A DNA stretch of 37,813 nucleotides. Origin: a virus. A program made the position numbers and the translations under genes. Every line of letters starts with the position of its first letter. Position 1 is the stretch's first letter. Shown piece by piece: positions 6,455 to 14,102 of the stretch. The notes under the pieces are model-generated. The model saw only the letters and a list, made by a program, of their open reading frames with translations, did not search any database and was not told the origin of the DNA. The stretch lies in IMG/VR virus record IMGVR_UViG_3300042507_002672. One strand, written 5' to 3'.

Positions 6455-7833
6455 AGTACTCAGATTTTCTGGCCGGCAAGGCAATTGTTGACCCCGACAC
6501 TGGAATAAAAAACCCCGTAGGCTTGTCTCCTCATTTGCGCGGGTTTCAGCGCGATATTACGAAGTGGGCACTACGTCGCGGCAGGGCTGCAATCTTTGCC
6601 GGCACGGGTCTTGGTAAGAGCTTCATGGAGTTGGAGTGGTGCAAGGCGGTCGCCGCCCACACTGGCAAGCCGTCACTGATCCTGACACCGCTCGCTGTCG
6701 CCGCTCAATTCGTGACAGAGGGCGAGAAGTGGGGAAACCCAGTAACGCACGCTCGCACTGGCGACGATATTCGTCCCGGCATTAACGTCACGAATTACGA
6801 AAAGCTTGAACACTTTGATATATCTCAATTCGGTGCCATCGTTCTGGATGAAAGCTCAATCCTTAAATCCTACGATGGCAAAACCCGTTCCCTTCTAATC
6901 AACACATGCAAGCAAGTTCCGTTCCGGCTGGCTGCGAGTGCAACCCCGGCGCCGAATGATTTTATGGAGCTTGGCAACCATGCCGAGTTCCTCGGTGTCA
7001 TGTCTTACACAGACATGCTCGCCACGTTCTTTATGCACGATTCGAGCGAGACGCAGACATGGCGCCTGCGTGGTCATGCCGAGCAACCGTTCTGGCGCTG
7101 GATGTGCTCATGGGCCGTAACCCTTCGTAAGCCTTCCGACCTTGGATATGAAAACGGAGGATACGACCTCCCGCCCCTAAACCAGATCGAACACCGCGTC
7201 GATGTTGCCTACGCCCCATCCCAGGATAGCGGGATGCTATTCCCGATGGAGGCACAGACCCTTTCAGAACGCCTCGGGGCGCGACGTGGGAGCATCAAGG
7301 AGCGCGTTGCTAAAGCCGCTGCTGTTACCCCATCCGACCGCCCGTTCGTGTGGTGGTGCAACCTCAATGCGGAAGCGGAGGCATTGTGCGCGGCTATTCC
7401 AGATGCCGTCGAAGTTCGTGGATCTGATAGCGAGCGCGAGAAGGAACGCAAACTAGCGGAGTTCGCAGCTGGAAAAATCCGCGTACTTGTGACGAAGCCT
7501 TCTATCTGCGGGTGGGGCCTAAACTGGCAGCATTGCGCCGACACTGGATTTGTCGGCCTCTCCGATAGCTTTGAGCAAGTCTATCAGGCCATCCGTCGTT
7601 TCTGGCGCTTTGGGCAAACCAATCAAGTCACGGCGCACTTCATTGCCGCCGAAACCGAGGGCGCGGTAGTCGCCAATATCCGCCGCAAAGAACAACAGGC
7701 CGATCACATGGTCAGTTCGATGATTGACCATATGCGGGATTTGAACAGCGCGGCCATCGCGGGGACGACGAGAGACAAGGCTTCATATTTTCCGACAACC
7801 AAAATGGGGATGCCACAATGGATCGCAGCGTAG
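6451..7833 (+). CDS. SNF2/DEAD-like superfamily 2 helicase
   Basis: Walker A AGTGLGKS, DExx-type VLDESS, SATPAPN (motif III), and C-terminal helicase-domain motifs (QAIRRFWRFGQ). Confidence 0.85.
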   Translation: MKYSDFLAGKAIVDPDTGIKNPVGLSPHLRGFQRDITKWALRRGRAAIFAGTGLGKSFMELEWCKAVAAHTGKPSLILTPLAVAAQFVTEGEKWGNPVTHARTGDDIRPGINVTNYEKLEHFDISQFGAIVLDESSILKSYDGKTRSLLINTCKQVPFRLAASATPAPNDFMELGNHAEFLGVMSYTDMLATFFMHDSSETQTWRLRGHAEQPFWRWMCSWAVTLRKPSDLGYENGGYDLPPLNQIEHRVDVAYAPSQDSGMLFPMEAQTLSERLGARRGSIKERVAKAAAVTPSDRPFVWWCNLNAEAEALCAAIPDAVEVRGSDSEREKERKLAEFAAGKIRVLVTKPSICGWGLNWQHCADTGFVGLSDSFEQVYQAIRRFWRFGQTNQVTAHFIAAETEGAVVANIRRKEQQADHMVSSMIDHMRDLNSAAIAGTTRDKASYFPTTKMGMPQWIAA

Positions 7834-8795
7834 AGACAATCGACCAAGTTATAACATCTGACTACGCCATTTACCTTGGCGACAGTTGCGAGCTTTTGCA
7901 GGGTATCCCGTCCGACAGCATCGGGTTCGGGATTCACTCTCCGCCGTTTGAGGGGCTGTATAAATTCAGCAATTCAGAACGCGACGTTTCAAACTCCGAA
8001 GGGCCGCAATTCTGGCAGCACTACGGGTTCATCATCTCTGAATTGCTCCGCGTGACAAAGCCGGGTCGCCTTCATTCGGTCCATTGCATGAACCTCCCCA
8101 CGTCGAAGATTAGGGACGGGTTCATTGGGATGCGTGACTTCCGCGGCGAAGTCGTGAGGGCTTACGAGGAAGCCGGCTGGCACATGCACTCGGAAGTGTG
8201 CATCTGGAAGGATCCCGTAGTCGCTCAGCAGCGCACAAAATCAATCCGGCTTTTGCACAAGCAAGTCGTAAAGGATTCGACGCTGTCAGGGCAGGGCCTT
8301 GCCGATTACATCGTGACGTTCCGCAAGCCAGGCGAGAACGCAGACCGTGTCTCGGGATGCTTCGACCAGTACATCGGGCCGGAAGATCAAGAACCCTCGA
8401 GGGCAAAGTACACATCCGAGATGGATGGCCGGAATTGGTACTCCATCGAAGTATGGCAGCGTTACGCATCTCCGGTCTGGATGGATATTCGCCAGGGCCG
8501 CGTTCTGCCGTTCCGGGGCGGTCGAGACGAAGATGATGAAGTCCACATCTCACCGCTGCAGCTCGATGTTATCGAGCGTTGCATCGACCTTTGGAGCAAC
8601 CCCGGCGATACCGTTATTACCCCGTTTATGGGTGTTGGTTCTGAGGTCTATTGCGCCGTTCAGATGGGCCGCAAGGGGCTTGGGATCGAACTGAAGCCAA
8701 GCTACTTCCGGCAAGCCGTCGAGAACGTAGCCAATGCCAGCGCGAGTAAAAACGATATGCCGTTGTTCGCGGTGATTAATGGGGGCGCGGCATGA
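7818..8795 (+). CDS. Beta-class exocyclic-amino DNA methyltransferase (N4-C or N6-A)
   Basis: Catalytic motif IV HSPPF lies near the N-terminus. The AdoMet motif I VITPFMGVGSE lies near the C-terminus. This IV-then-I order defines the beta class. Confidence 0.85.
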   Translation: MDRSVETIDQVITSDYAIYLGDSCELLQGIPSDSIGFGIHSPPFEGLYKFSNSERDVSNSEGPQFWQHYGFIISELLRVTKPGRLHSVHCMNLPTSKIRDGFIGMRDFRGEVVRAYEEAGWHMHSEVCIWKDPVVAQQRTKSIRLLHKQVVKDSTLSGQGLADYIVTFRKPGENADRVSGCFDQYIGPEDQEPSRAKYTSEMDGRNWYSIEVWQRYASPVWMDIRQGRVLPFRGGRDEDDEVHISPLQLDVIERCIDLWSNPGDTVITPFMGVGSEVYCAVQMGRKGLGIELKPSYFRQAVENVANASASKNDMPLFAVINGGAA

Positions 8796-8983
8796 CACCC
8801 GCACTATGCAAGCGCGCCGAGCGTGCCGTTACTTACGCTAATGGGTCCGCCGCTCGTCACAAGGCATCATTGCGTAAACGCCGAGAGGCTCAACGTCTTG
8901 TCGCCCTGTGTCTCGTCCAAGAGATCAGGTCAAAAGGCGGATACGTTCCGAGGAAGATCGAAACCGTACTGAGGGGGAACTAA
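8792..8983 (+). CDS. Hypothetical protein (63 aa)
   Basis: ORF track, with an ATGA overlap upstream. Confidence 0.5.
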   Translation: MTPALCKRAERAVTYANGSAARHKASLRKRREAQRLVALCLVQEIRSKGGYVPRKIETVLRGN

Positions 8984-9264
8984 TGCCAAACATCAGCAGA
9001 GGCCGCGCCGCGCTTACATGGTACGCGGATCGTGAAAAGAGGGCCGAACTAAAGGACGCAGAGAAAGCCGCTAAGTCGGCCCAAAATAAGGGCCTACAGC
9101 GCAAGTCCATGAAGTACCCAGGCTCATACACTGAGCATGAAAGAGAAGTCCTGCGGGCTTATTATTCGACGTTGGGGGCCGATCTACTGGCCGAGCGCCT
9201 TGGACGTACCCCGGCAAGTGTCGGGACCGAGGCCAATAGCATGGGCCTGAGGTTTGGCAAATGA
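8983..9264 (+). CDS. Hypothetical protein, possible HTH (93 aa)
   Basis: Start at MPNISRGR (taatg overlap). The C-terminal EREVLRAYYSTLGADLLAERLGRTPASV looks HTH-like. Confidence 0.55.
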   Translation: MPNISRGRAALTWYADREKRAELKDAEKAAKSAQNKGLQRKSMKYPGSYTEHEREVLRAYYSTLGADLLAERLGRTPASVGTEANSMGLRFGK

Positions 9265-9536
9265 TCGGCCCCGTATCTCGGATCATGGAAGAAGTCGCGC
9301 GCAAGCACGGGCTTACCATCGAGGACCTAAAGAAGCGCACCACCAGCCCGCGCTACGCCTGGCCGCGTCAGGAGGTGATGTACCGCTGCGTCACCGAAAC
9401 CAAGGCACCGTATCGCACCATTGCGGCTGCGCTTGGACTGAAGGATCACAAATCAGTGGTGGTTGGCGTACCACTCCACGCGGAGCGGCTTGTGTGGCTT
9501 ACCAAGATGACCAGCCAGTTATCCCCACTGCGCTGA
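9261..9536 (+). CDS. DnaA domain IV-like DNA-binding protein (91 aa)
   Basis: HGLTIEDLKKRTTSPRYAWPRQEVMYRCVTETKAPYRTIAAALGLKDHKSVV follows the DnaA C-terminal pattern (...R...A.PRQ.AMY....T..S...IG...G.RDHSTV). Confidence 0.6.
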   Translation: MIGPVSRIMEEVARKHGLTIEDLKKRTTSPRYAWPRQEVMYRCVTETKAPYRTIAAALGLKDHKSVVVGVPLHAERLVWLTKMTSQLSPLR

Positions 9537-9605
9537 GATATCCACAGGAAAGACTATTTTACTTCAACGTCCTGTAGGGCATCCTAATGCGCGAGGTGAA
9601 CACAA

Positions 9606-10571
9606 ATGGCACGACCTGACACATGGATGCCGATGTACTGGCGAGACTTCTGGGCGGATACCGGCCACCTGTCACCCGTTGAAGGATGGGCCTACATCAA
9701 CCTGATTGGTGCTTACTGGACCATTGGAGGCCCGCTAGAGAACGATGACGCTCGACTTGCTAGGCAGGCCAAGGTCAGCCCGAAGGAATGGAAGGCGGCG
9801 CGTCCTGCCGTTATCGCGTTCTTTTCCGTGGATGACAAACTGATCCATCAGAAGCGGATTGACGCCGAGCTTGCCGTAGCCGTAGCCAGACACGCAGCTA
9901 AGGTCAAAGCAGGGACAAACGGAGCGCAAAAGAGATGGCAAAACGATAGCAGAGCTATAGCAGACCCATCTCTCAGCCATAAGCAAACCGATGCACAACT
10001 ACAACCACACTCATCTAACGATGAGACAGAAGCTAAAGCTTCTGTGGCGCAAGCGCCCAAATCCACGAAAGGAACTCGTCTTGCAAACGATTGGAAACCT
10101 AGTGAAGCAGATCGAACCTATGGCCGTAAACTCGGATACGCAGATACGGAGTTCGACGCGGAGTGCGGAGAGTTTAGAGCCTATTTCACAGGGCCAAACG
10201 CCACCAAGCCGGTCAAAAAATGTTGGGCTAGTGCCCTTGAACGATGGCTTCGCGAAAACGCCAGCCGCCGTTTTGCGAAGCGCAATCGCCCAGGACAGTC
10301 CGGCGGAAACAAACGCGGCCCTGGAAGCATACTTGCCGCGCTCGGTTCGGTCTTGGATCGACAGGACGGAAACTCGCGAGACGTGGGAGAAGTTGCCGAA
10401 AATGCGCCAGTATTTACCGGAGCCGACGCGCCCGGAACCTCTGCCGCAGGACGAGCATCAGAAGGCTTTGGCGGCGGTGAAGGCAACGTTATCAACGGTG
10501 AATGGAGCCGAGTGCAGGAAGCTCCTAGCGGAGATGAAATACCTCACGCGGCAGCGGGCGGAATCTACTGA
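9606..10571 (+). CDS. DUF1376/YdaU-like phage replication protein (3' end uncertain)
   Basis: The N-terminal WMPMYWRDFWADTGHLSPVEGWAYINLIGAYW is the DUF1376 signature. The C-terminal third overlaps another plausible frame (see findings). Confidence 0.75.
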   Translation: MARPDTWMPMYWRDFWADTGHLSPVEGWAYINLIGAYWTIGGPLENDDARLARQAKVSPKEWKAARPAVIAFFSVDDKLIHQKRIDAELAVAVARHAAKVKAGTNGAQKRWQNDSRAIADPSLSHKQTDAQLQPHSSNDETEAKASVAQAPKSTKGTRLANDWKPSEADRTYGRKLGYADTEFDAECGEFRAYFTGPNATKPVKKCWASALERWLRENASRRFAKRNRPGQSGGNKRGPGSILAALGSVLDRQDGNSRDVGEVAENAPVFTGADAPGTSAAGRASEGFGGGEGNVINGEWSRVQEAPSGDEIPHAAAGGIY

Positions 10572-10764
10572 GGACATTGCCGCGCAGATCGAGATTTACG
10601 CGCGGAAGATGGAATCATACCCAGCCGATATTGTGCGCTACGTGATTAAAACGCAGATTGACAACAGCCCGTGGTGGCCGGCATGGAACGAACTCAAGGA
10701 CAGGCTTGATTTGTTTCTGAGCGCCCGGAGCCGGAAGCTTATTGCGCTGACGACGCAGCCATGA
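10402..10764 (+). CDS. Hypothetical protein (start uncertain; frame open from 9991)
   Basis: The C-terminal part (ECRKLLAEMKYLTRQRAESTEDIAAQIEIYARKMESYPADIVRYVIKTQIDNSPWWPAWNELKDRL) looks genuinely coding. Its stop overlaps the next ATG (ATGA). Confidence 0.5.
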   Translation: MRQYLPEPTRPEPLPQDEHQKALAAVKATLSTVNGAECRKLLAEMKYLTRQRAESTEDIAAQIEIYARKMESYPADIVRYVIKTQIDNSPWWPAWNELKDRLDLFLSARSRKLIALTTQP

Positions 10765-11345
10765 TTTACACCGGATCAGGCGACCTACCCCGTCATCTTT
10801 ACGTCTACGTTGACCGCTCGTTTATTCGCCGCGACGGTACGGGATTTGAACCCGCTGTGTGGTTTGGCCTTACCGCAAAGTTTGGCGAGATGTGGGGCGC
10901 AAATTTGATGCTGGAATGTGGGGCGATCTACCGCAACGTTCCGTTGCACGCGCTGGCCTTTAGACCCAACCCGGACCCAGATTGGAGCGAACAAAGCGCC
11001 CAAGCTTGGGACTGCTACGGGGCTCAGTTCTCGGTGATCGAATACCGATATCTGACCAACGTACAGGCGGAAATCCGCAAGCCTGCAAAGCTGATGGGTT
11101 CGTACCTGTTCACGGCCATTCCGTTGTTTGACGGCTATACGCGCCACCCCGGCCAGTCGAAAGAGTTTGTGTTTCTTGAGCTTGAGAACGGGCGTTTGTC
11201 CTGTAAGTCCACGGACATGCTGATCTTCCACGACAAATCATTCTGCACGCCGTCGTGGCCGACCGATCTACGCCGGCAAGTGGACACCTACCATTGCGAA
11301 ATGTCGGCTGTAGCGGACATTGTTGGGAAAAGGATCGAAGGATGA
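10761..11345 (+). CDS. Hypothetical protein (194 aa)
   Basis: ORF track, with ATGA overlaps at both ends. Confidence 0.65.
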   Translation: MIYTGSGDLPRHLYVYVDRSFIRRDGTGFEPAVWFGLTAKFGEMWGANLMLECGAIYRNVPLHALAFRPNPDPDWSEQSAQAWDCYGAQFSVIEYRYLTNVQAEIRKPAKLMGSYLFTAIPLFDGYTRHPGQSKEFVFLELENGRLSCKSTDMLIFHDKSFCTPSWPTDLRRQVDTYHCEMSAVADIVGKRIEG

Positions 11346-11647
11346 CCAAGACAATCCCCGAAATAGACGATGAGATGGTTGAGCGTGCGTTTAGGTGGCT
11401 GAACGAAAACGCATGTTTTGGCGGTGAGCCGTTTTCGGAAAGCCGCCGTCAGGTTCGATGTGCATTGGAAGCCGCCCTTACAGAACCCGAGATAGAGGTG
11501 ACTGAGACCATGGCCGAAGCTGGTTGGAGCGCGTCTTGCGAGGGATACAACAGCGCCATCAAAAGGAATGCCGCCGTCTACCGCGCCATGGTTAAGGCCG
11601 CGCCTGGGGGTATTCCTCACGCCATTAACTCTGTAACGATAATATGA
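11342..11647 (+). CDS. Hypothetical protein (101 aa)
   Basis: Start at MTKTIPEID (ATGA overlap) within track ORF 11255..11647. Confidence 0.6.
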   Translation: MTKTIPEIDDEMVERAFRWLNENACFGGEPFSESRRQVRCALEAALTEPEIEVTETMAEAGWSASCEGYNSAIKRNAAVYRAMVKAAPGGIPHAINSVTII

Positions 11648-12390
11648 AAATAGGCTTCATCGGCTTATCAAAAATTGCTGCCGGTTATGAGGATCCCAAA
11701 GAAACGCATTTAGGGGCGATCCTGCGCGCCAATCCAAAAGCCAACCTCGTATGCTTTGACCCTGATAAAAACGCCCAGGTCGCCGCAAAACAAAGATTTG
11801 GGACCATCCACATCGCGGATGAATTAGACGCCTTGAAATGCGATGTGGTGCTTATATCTTCCCCGACGCAAACCCATTATCAGCACGTTACAAAAGCCCT
11901 CACACAACGGCACAAGCCCGTAGTGGTTTGCGAAAAGCCCCTGGCTCCCACATACGAGCAGGGCCGCGAGCTTGTGGAAAGGGCAGATCAATCCGGTCAA
12001 ACCCTAATCGTCAATTTTCAGCGCCGATGGCTTCCGGGTGTTTTGCAATGGTGCGCAGCTGCCAACCAAGGCCAATTCGGTAGACGAAGGGCGAGCGTGT
12101 TTTACGTTGGTCCCGAAACACGGGAAAGGTTTATCGCCTCGGCAAGCCACGCCTTGGACATTGCCGGGGCGTGTGGCGTGACGGCAGAGAATATCGACGT
12201 TTACCCGTATTTTGATTTTTCTGTCGAGGTTAGGTGCGAGCAAAGCAGCCTAACACTCCGCAAAATCGGGGACCTTGTGCCCGTTTGGGAAAATATCTTT
12301 AACCACATCGCCAAAGGAGATTCATTGCCGTGCCGCGCCGCAGACCATCTCCCCGGAATGAAACTCGTGGACGAACTGTGTCCAGCTTGA
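11644..12390 (+). CDS. Gfo/Idh/MocA-like NAD(P)-dependent oxidoreductase
   Basis: N-terminal Rossmann start MKIGFIGLSKIA. SSPTQTHYQHVTKAL...KPVVVCEKPLA contains the family-typical EKP motif. Confidence 0.7.
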   Translation: MKIGFIGLSKIAAGYEDPKETHLGAILRANPKANLVCFDPDKNAQVAAKQRFGTIHIADELDALKCDVVLISSPTQTHYQHVTKALTQRHKPVVVCEKPLAPTYEQGRELVERADQSGQTLIVNFQRRWLPGVLQWCAAANQGQFGRRRASVFYVGPETRERFIASASHALDIAGACGVTAENIDVYPYFDFSVEVRCEQSSLTLRKIGDLVPVWENIFNHIAKGDSLPCRAADHLPGMKLVDELCPA

Positions 12391-12489
12391 CCAAGAAAAC
12401 CGCAAAGAATGACGCCACAGCCAAGCGCACAGGCATGACCTGGAGCTTCCGGCAGAAAAAATACGTCACCCTCAGGGAATGGTGGGACC

Positions 12490-13110
12490 TTGGCTAAGAA
12501 ACTCAAAACCGTAGCACTTCTCGCCCGCAAGCCTGGATTGGAAATTCTTGACGCGCTTTTGTCGGATCCCCGGATCGATTTGAAAGTGGTCTACACTTAC
12601 AACCACCTTCCAAAATCTGAGAGCCCGAAGGAAAACAATTCCATCGGCTACACCGTAACGCAGCGCCCGGAATGGCCGGTGTTCAAGGAAAAGTGCGAAG
12701 CTGCCAGCGTGTTGATTTGGTCCGAGGTTGGATCAAACGGCTTTAATCCAACAAACGACCGCCATGCGCCCTATGATTTGCTTCTGTGCTGCAATTGGCG
12801 CCAGGTTGTGCCTGAATGGATACTCAGCGCCGCGCGCCACGCCATCAACATTCACCGTGGCGACCTTCCAAAATACCCCGGCAAGCGCCCTGTCCTTCAG
12901 GCCGTAGAGGTGGGGGAAGCGAGAGTAGCCATCACCGCGCACAAAATGACCGGGGTTATCGACGGAGGCCCAGTGATTGCAAAGGTTTACGCGGACGTTG
13001 TTAAGGCTTCGACGTTTGCGGAATCTGAAACGCTGACGCGAGACGCGCTTGTACCGTACTACGCGCCGTTAACGAGATTTATTGTAGATATTGCTTCCCG
13101 TGAAACCTAA
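12490..13110 (+). CDS. Formyltransferase-fold protein (PurN/Fmt N-domain/sugar N-formyltransferase-like)
   Basis: AINIHRGDLPKYPGKRPV matches the N.H...LP...G core. It is followed by HKMTGVIDGGPVIAK (D.G.I). The size (206 aa) fits single-domain formyltransferases. The start is TTG. Confidence 0.7.
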   Translation: MAKKLKTVALLARKPGLEILDALLSDPRIDLKVVYTYNHLPKSESPKENNSIGYTVTQRPEWPVFKEKCEAASVLIWSEVGSNGFNPTNDRHAPYDLLLCCNWRQVVPEWILSAARHAINIHRGDLPKYPGKRPVLQAVEVGEARVAITAHKMTGVIDGGPVIAKVYADVVKASTFAESETLTRDALVPYYAPLTRFIVDIASRET

Positions 13111-13192
13111 CCAGTGGAGTGTGACTACATGAAAACTATACGCCGTGGCCGGCCAAAATCAGACCGCCCCAAAGTAACCCAGGGAGCCTTAA

Positions 13193-13486
13193 ATGCTTGT
13201 CCATCTCCGAACCATTAAGGCCCTCCAAACCCAGTCCATGAGCTACCGGACACCGCCCAAGCCCCACCACGACAACGCGGGCTATCAGCCGGCGCTCTGC
13301 CCGATCAACTGGACCCCCAAAACATGCCAGTGGATCGAGGGAACGCCGAGCAAGATGGAACTACGGCGCCACGGGTCAGAACGGTTTAAGTGCAACGCCG
13401 CGGTTCAACCACAATCGAGCTATTGCGAAGAACACCATTCGAAATGTTGGACCGTGTTGACACCCCCGGAAAAACAAGCACGGTAA
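13193..13486 (+). CDS. GcrA C-terminal-domain-like protein (97 aa)
   Basis: TCQWIEGTPS....RFKCNAAVQPQSSYCEEHHSKCW follows the GcrA C-terminal pattern C.WP.G.P....F.C.......YC..H. No GcrA-type N-terminal HTH is recognisable. GGGAG lies upstream of the ATG. Confidence 0.55.
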   Translation: MLVHLRTIKALQTQSMSYRTPPKPHHDNAGYQPALCPINWTPKTCQWIEGTPSKMELRRHGSERFKCNAAVQPQSSYCEEHHSKCWTVLTPPEKQAR

Positions 13487-13556
13487 ATCGAATGACCAAA
13501 GCCCAACTCCTGCGGACAGTCTCGCCGCTCCCGTTCCGAATTTATTACGCGCGCCT

Positions 13557-13832
13557 ATGGTTATAAATCGCTGGCTGACAAATTTAGAGTCCCGCGAAAG
13601 CCTTGAGGCCGAACGGGACAAAGCCCAGGCCCAGGTTGACGCAAGCCCTGCCAGTTTGACCGCACGGGCGGAATTAAACGCCGCTCTTAGCAGATTGGTA
13701 AGCCACGACAGGACCATGGCCCTGATTGAGCAAGAGAACGGACGCATCGGCATTGGCGAGCCCATGGGCACAGAGTACCGCACGGCAGAACAAATCAAGG
13801 CTGACGGGCATATTGGGATTTACCGGACGTGA
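13557..13832 (+). CDS. Hypothetical protein (91 aa)
   Basis: ORF track only. Confidence 0.5.
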   Translation: MVINRWLTNLESRESLEAERDKAQAQVDASPASLTARAELNAALSRLVSHDRTMALIEQENGRIGIGEPMGTEYRTAEQIKADGHIGIYRT

Positions 13833-13841
13833 TCGCACAGA

Positions 13842-14102
13842 ATGGCAGCGCGTAAGACCAAGGGCACAAAAGACATACCGTGGCCCGAAGCTACGAGAGA
13901 GCGCATCCGCGCCAGTATGCTTGAAAAAGAGCTTATGAAACATGTACTTGGCCAGCGCGATATGACGCCAACGCAATTTGGCGCGGCTAAGGCGCTACTG
14001 AACAAGGTTCTCCCCGACCTGACAGAGAACGAAACGCGCATCTCGGGTGAAATAATTATCGAGCGCAGGTATTTTGGCTCAAAGAATCCAAATCCCAAAT
14101 AA
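13842..14102 (+). CDS. Candidate small terminase subunit (86 aa)
   Basis: Called from its position immediately upstream of, and overlapping, the large terminase gene. It is small and basic with an HTH-like middle. No diagnostic motif. Confidence 0.4.
   Translation: MAARKTKGTKDIPWPEATRERIRASMLEKELMKHVLGQRDMTPTQFGAAKALLNKVLPDLTENETRISGEIIIERRYFGSKNPNPK

Noticed and set aside
12201-12530. 109-aa minus-strand ORF bridging the oxidoreductase and formyltransferase genes.
   Set aside because: It is antisense to the 3' end of a motif-supported gene, has no neighbours on that strand, and its product is featureless.
13130-13219. 29-aa ORF MKTIRRGRPKSDRPKVTQGALNACPSPNH upstream of the GcrA-like gene, considered as a frameshifted N-terminal domain of GcrA.
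   Set aside because: It shows no resemblance to the GcrA HTH domain and is too short to judge. It is mentioned only as something to check under the GcrA-like finding.
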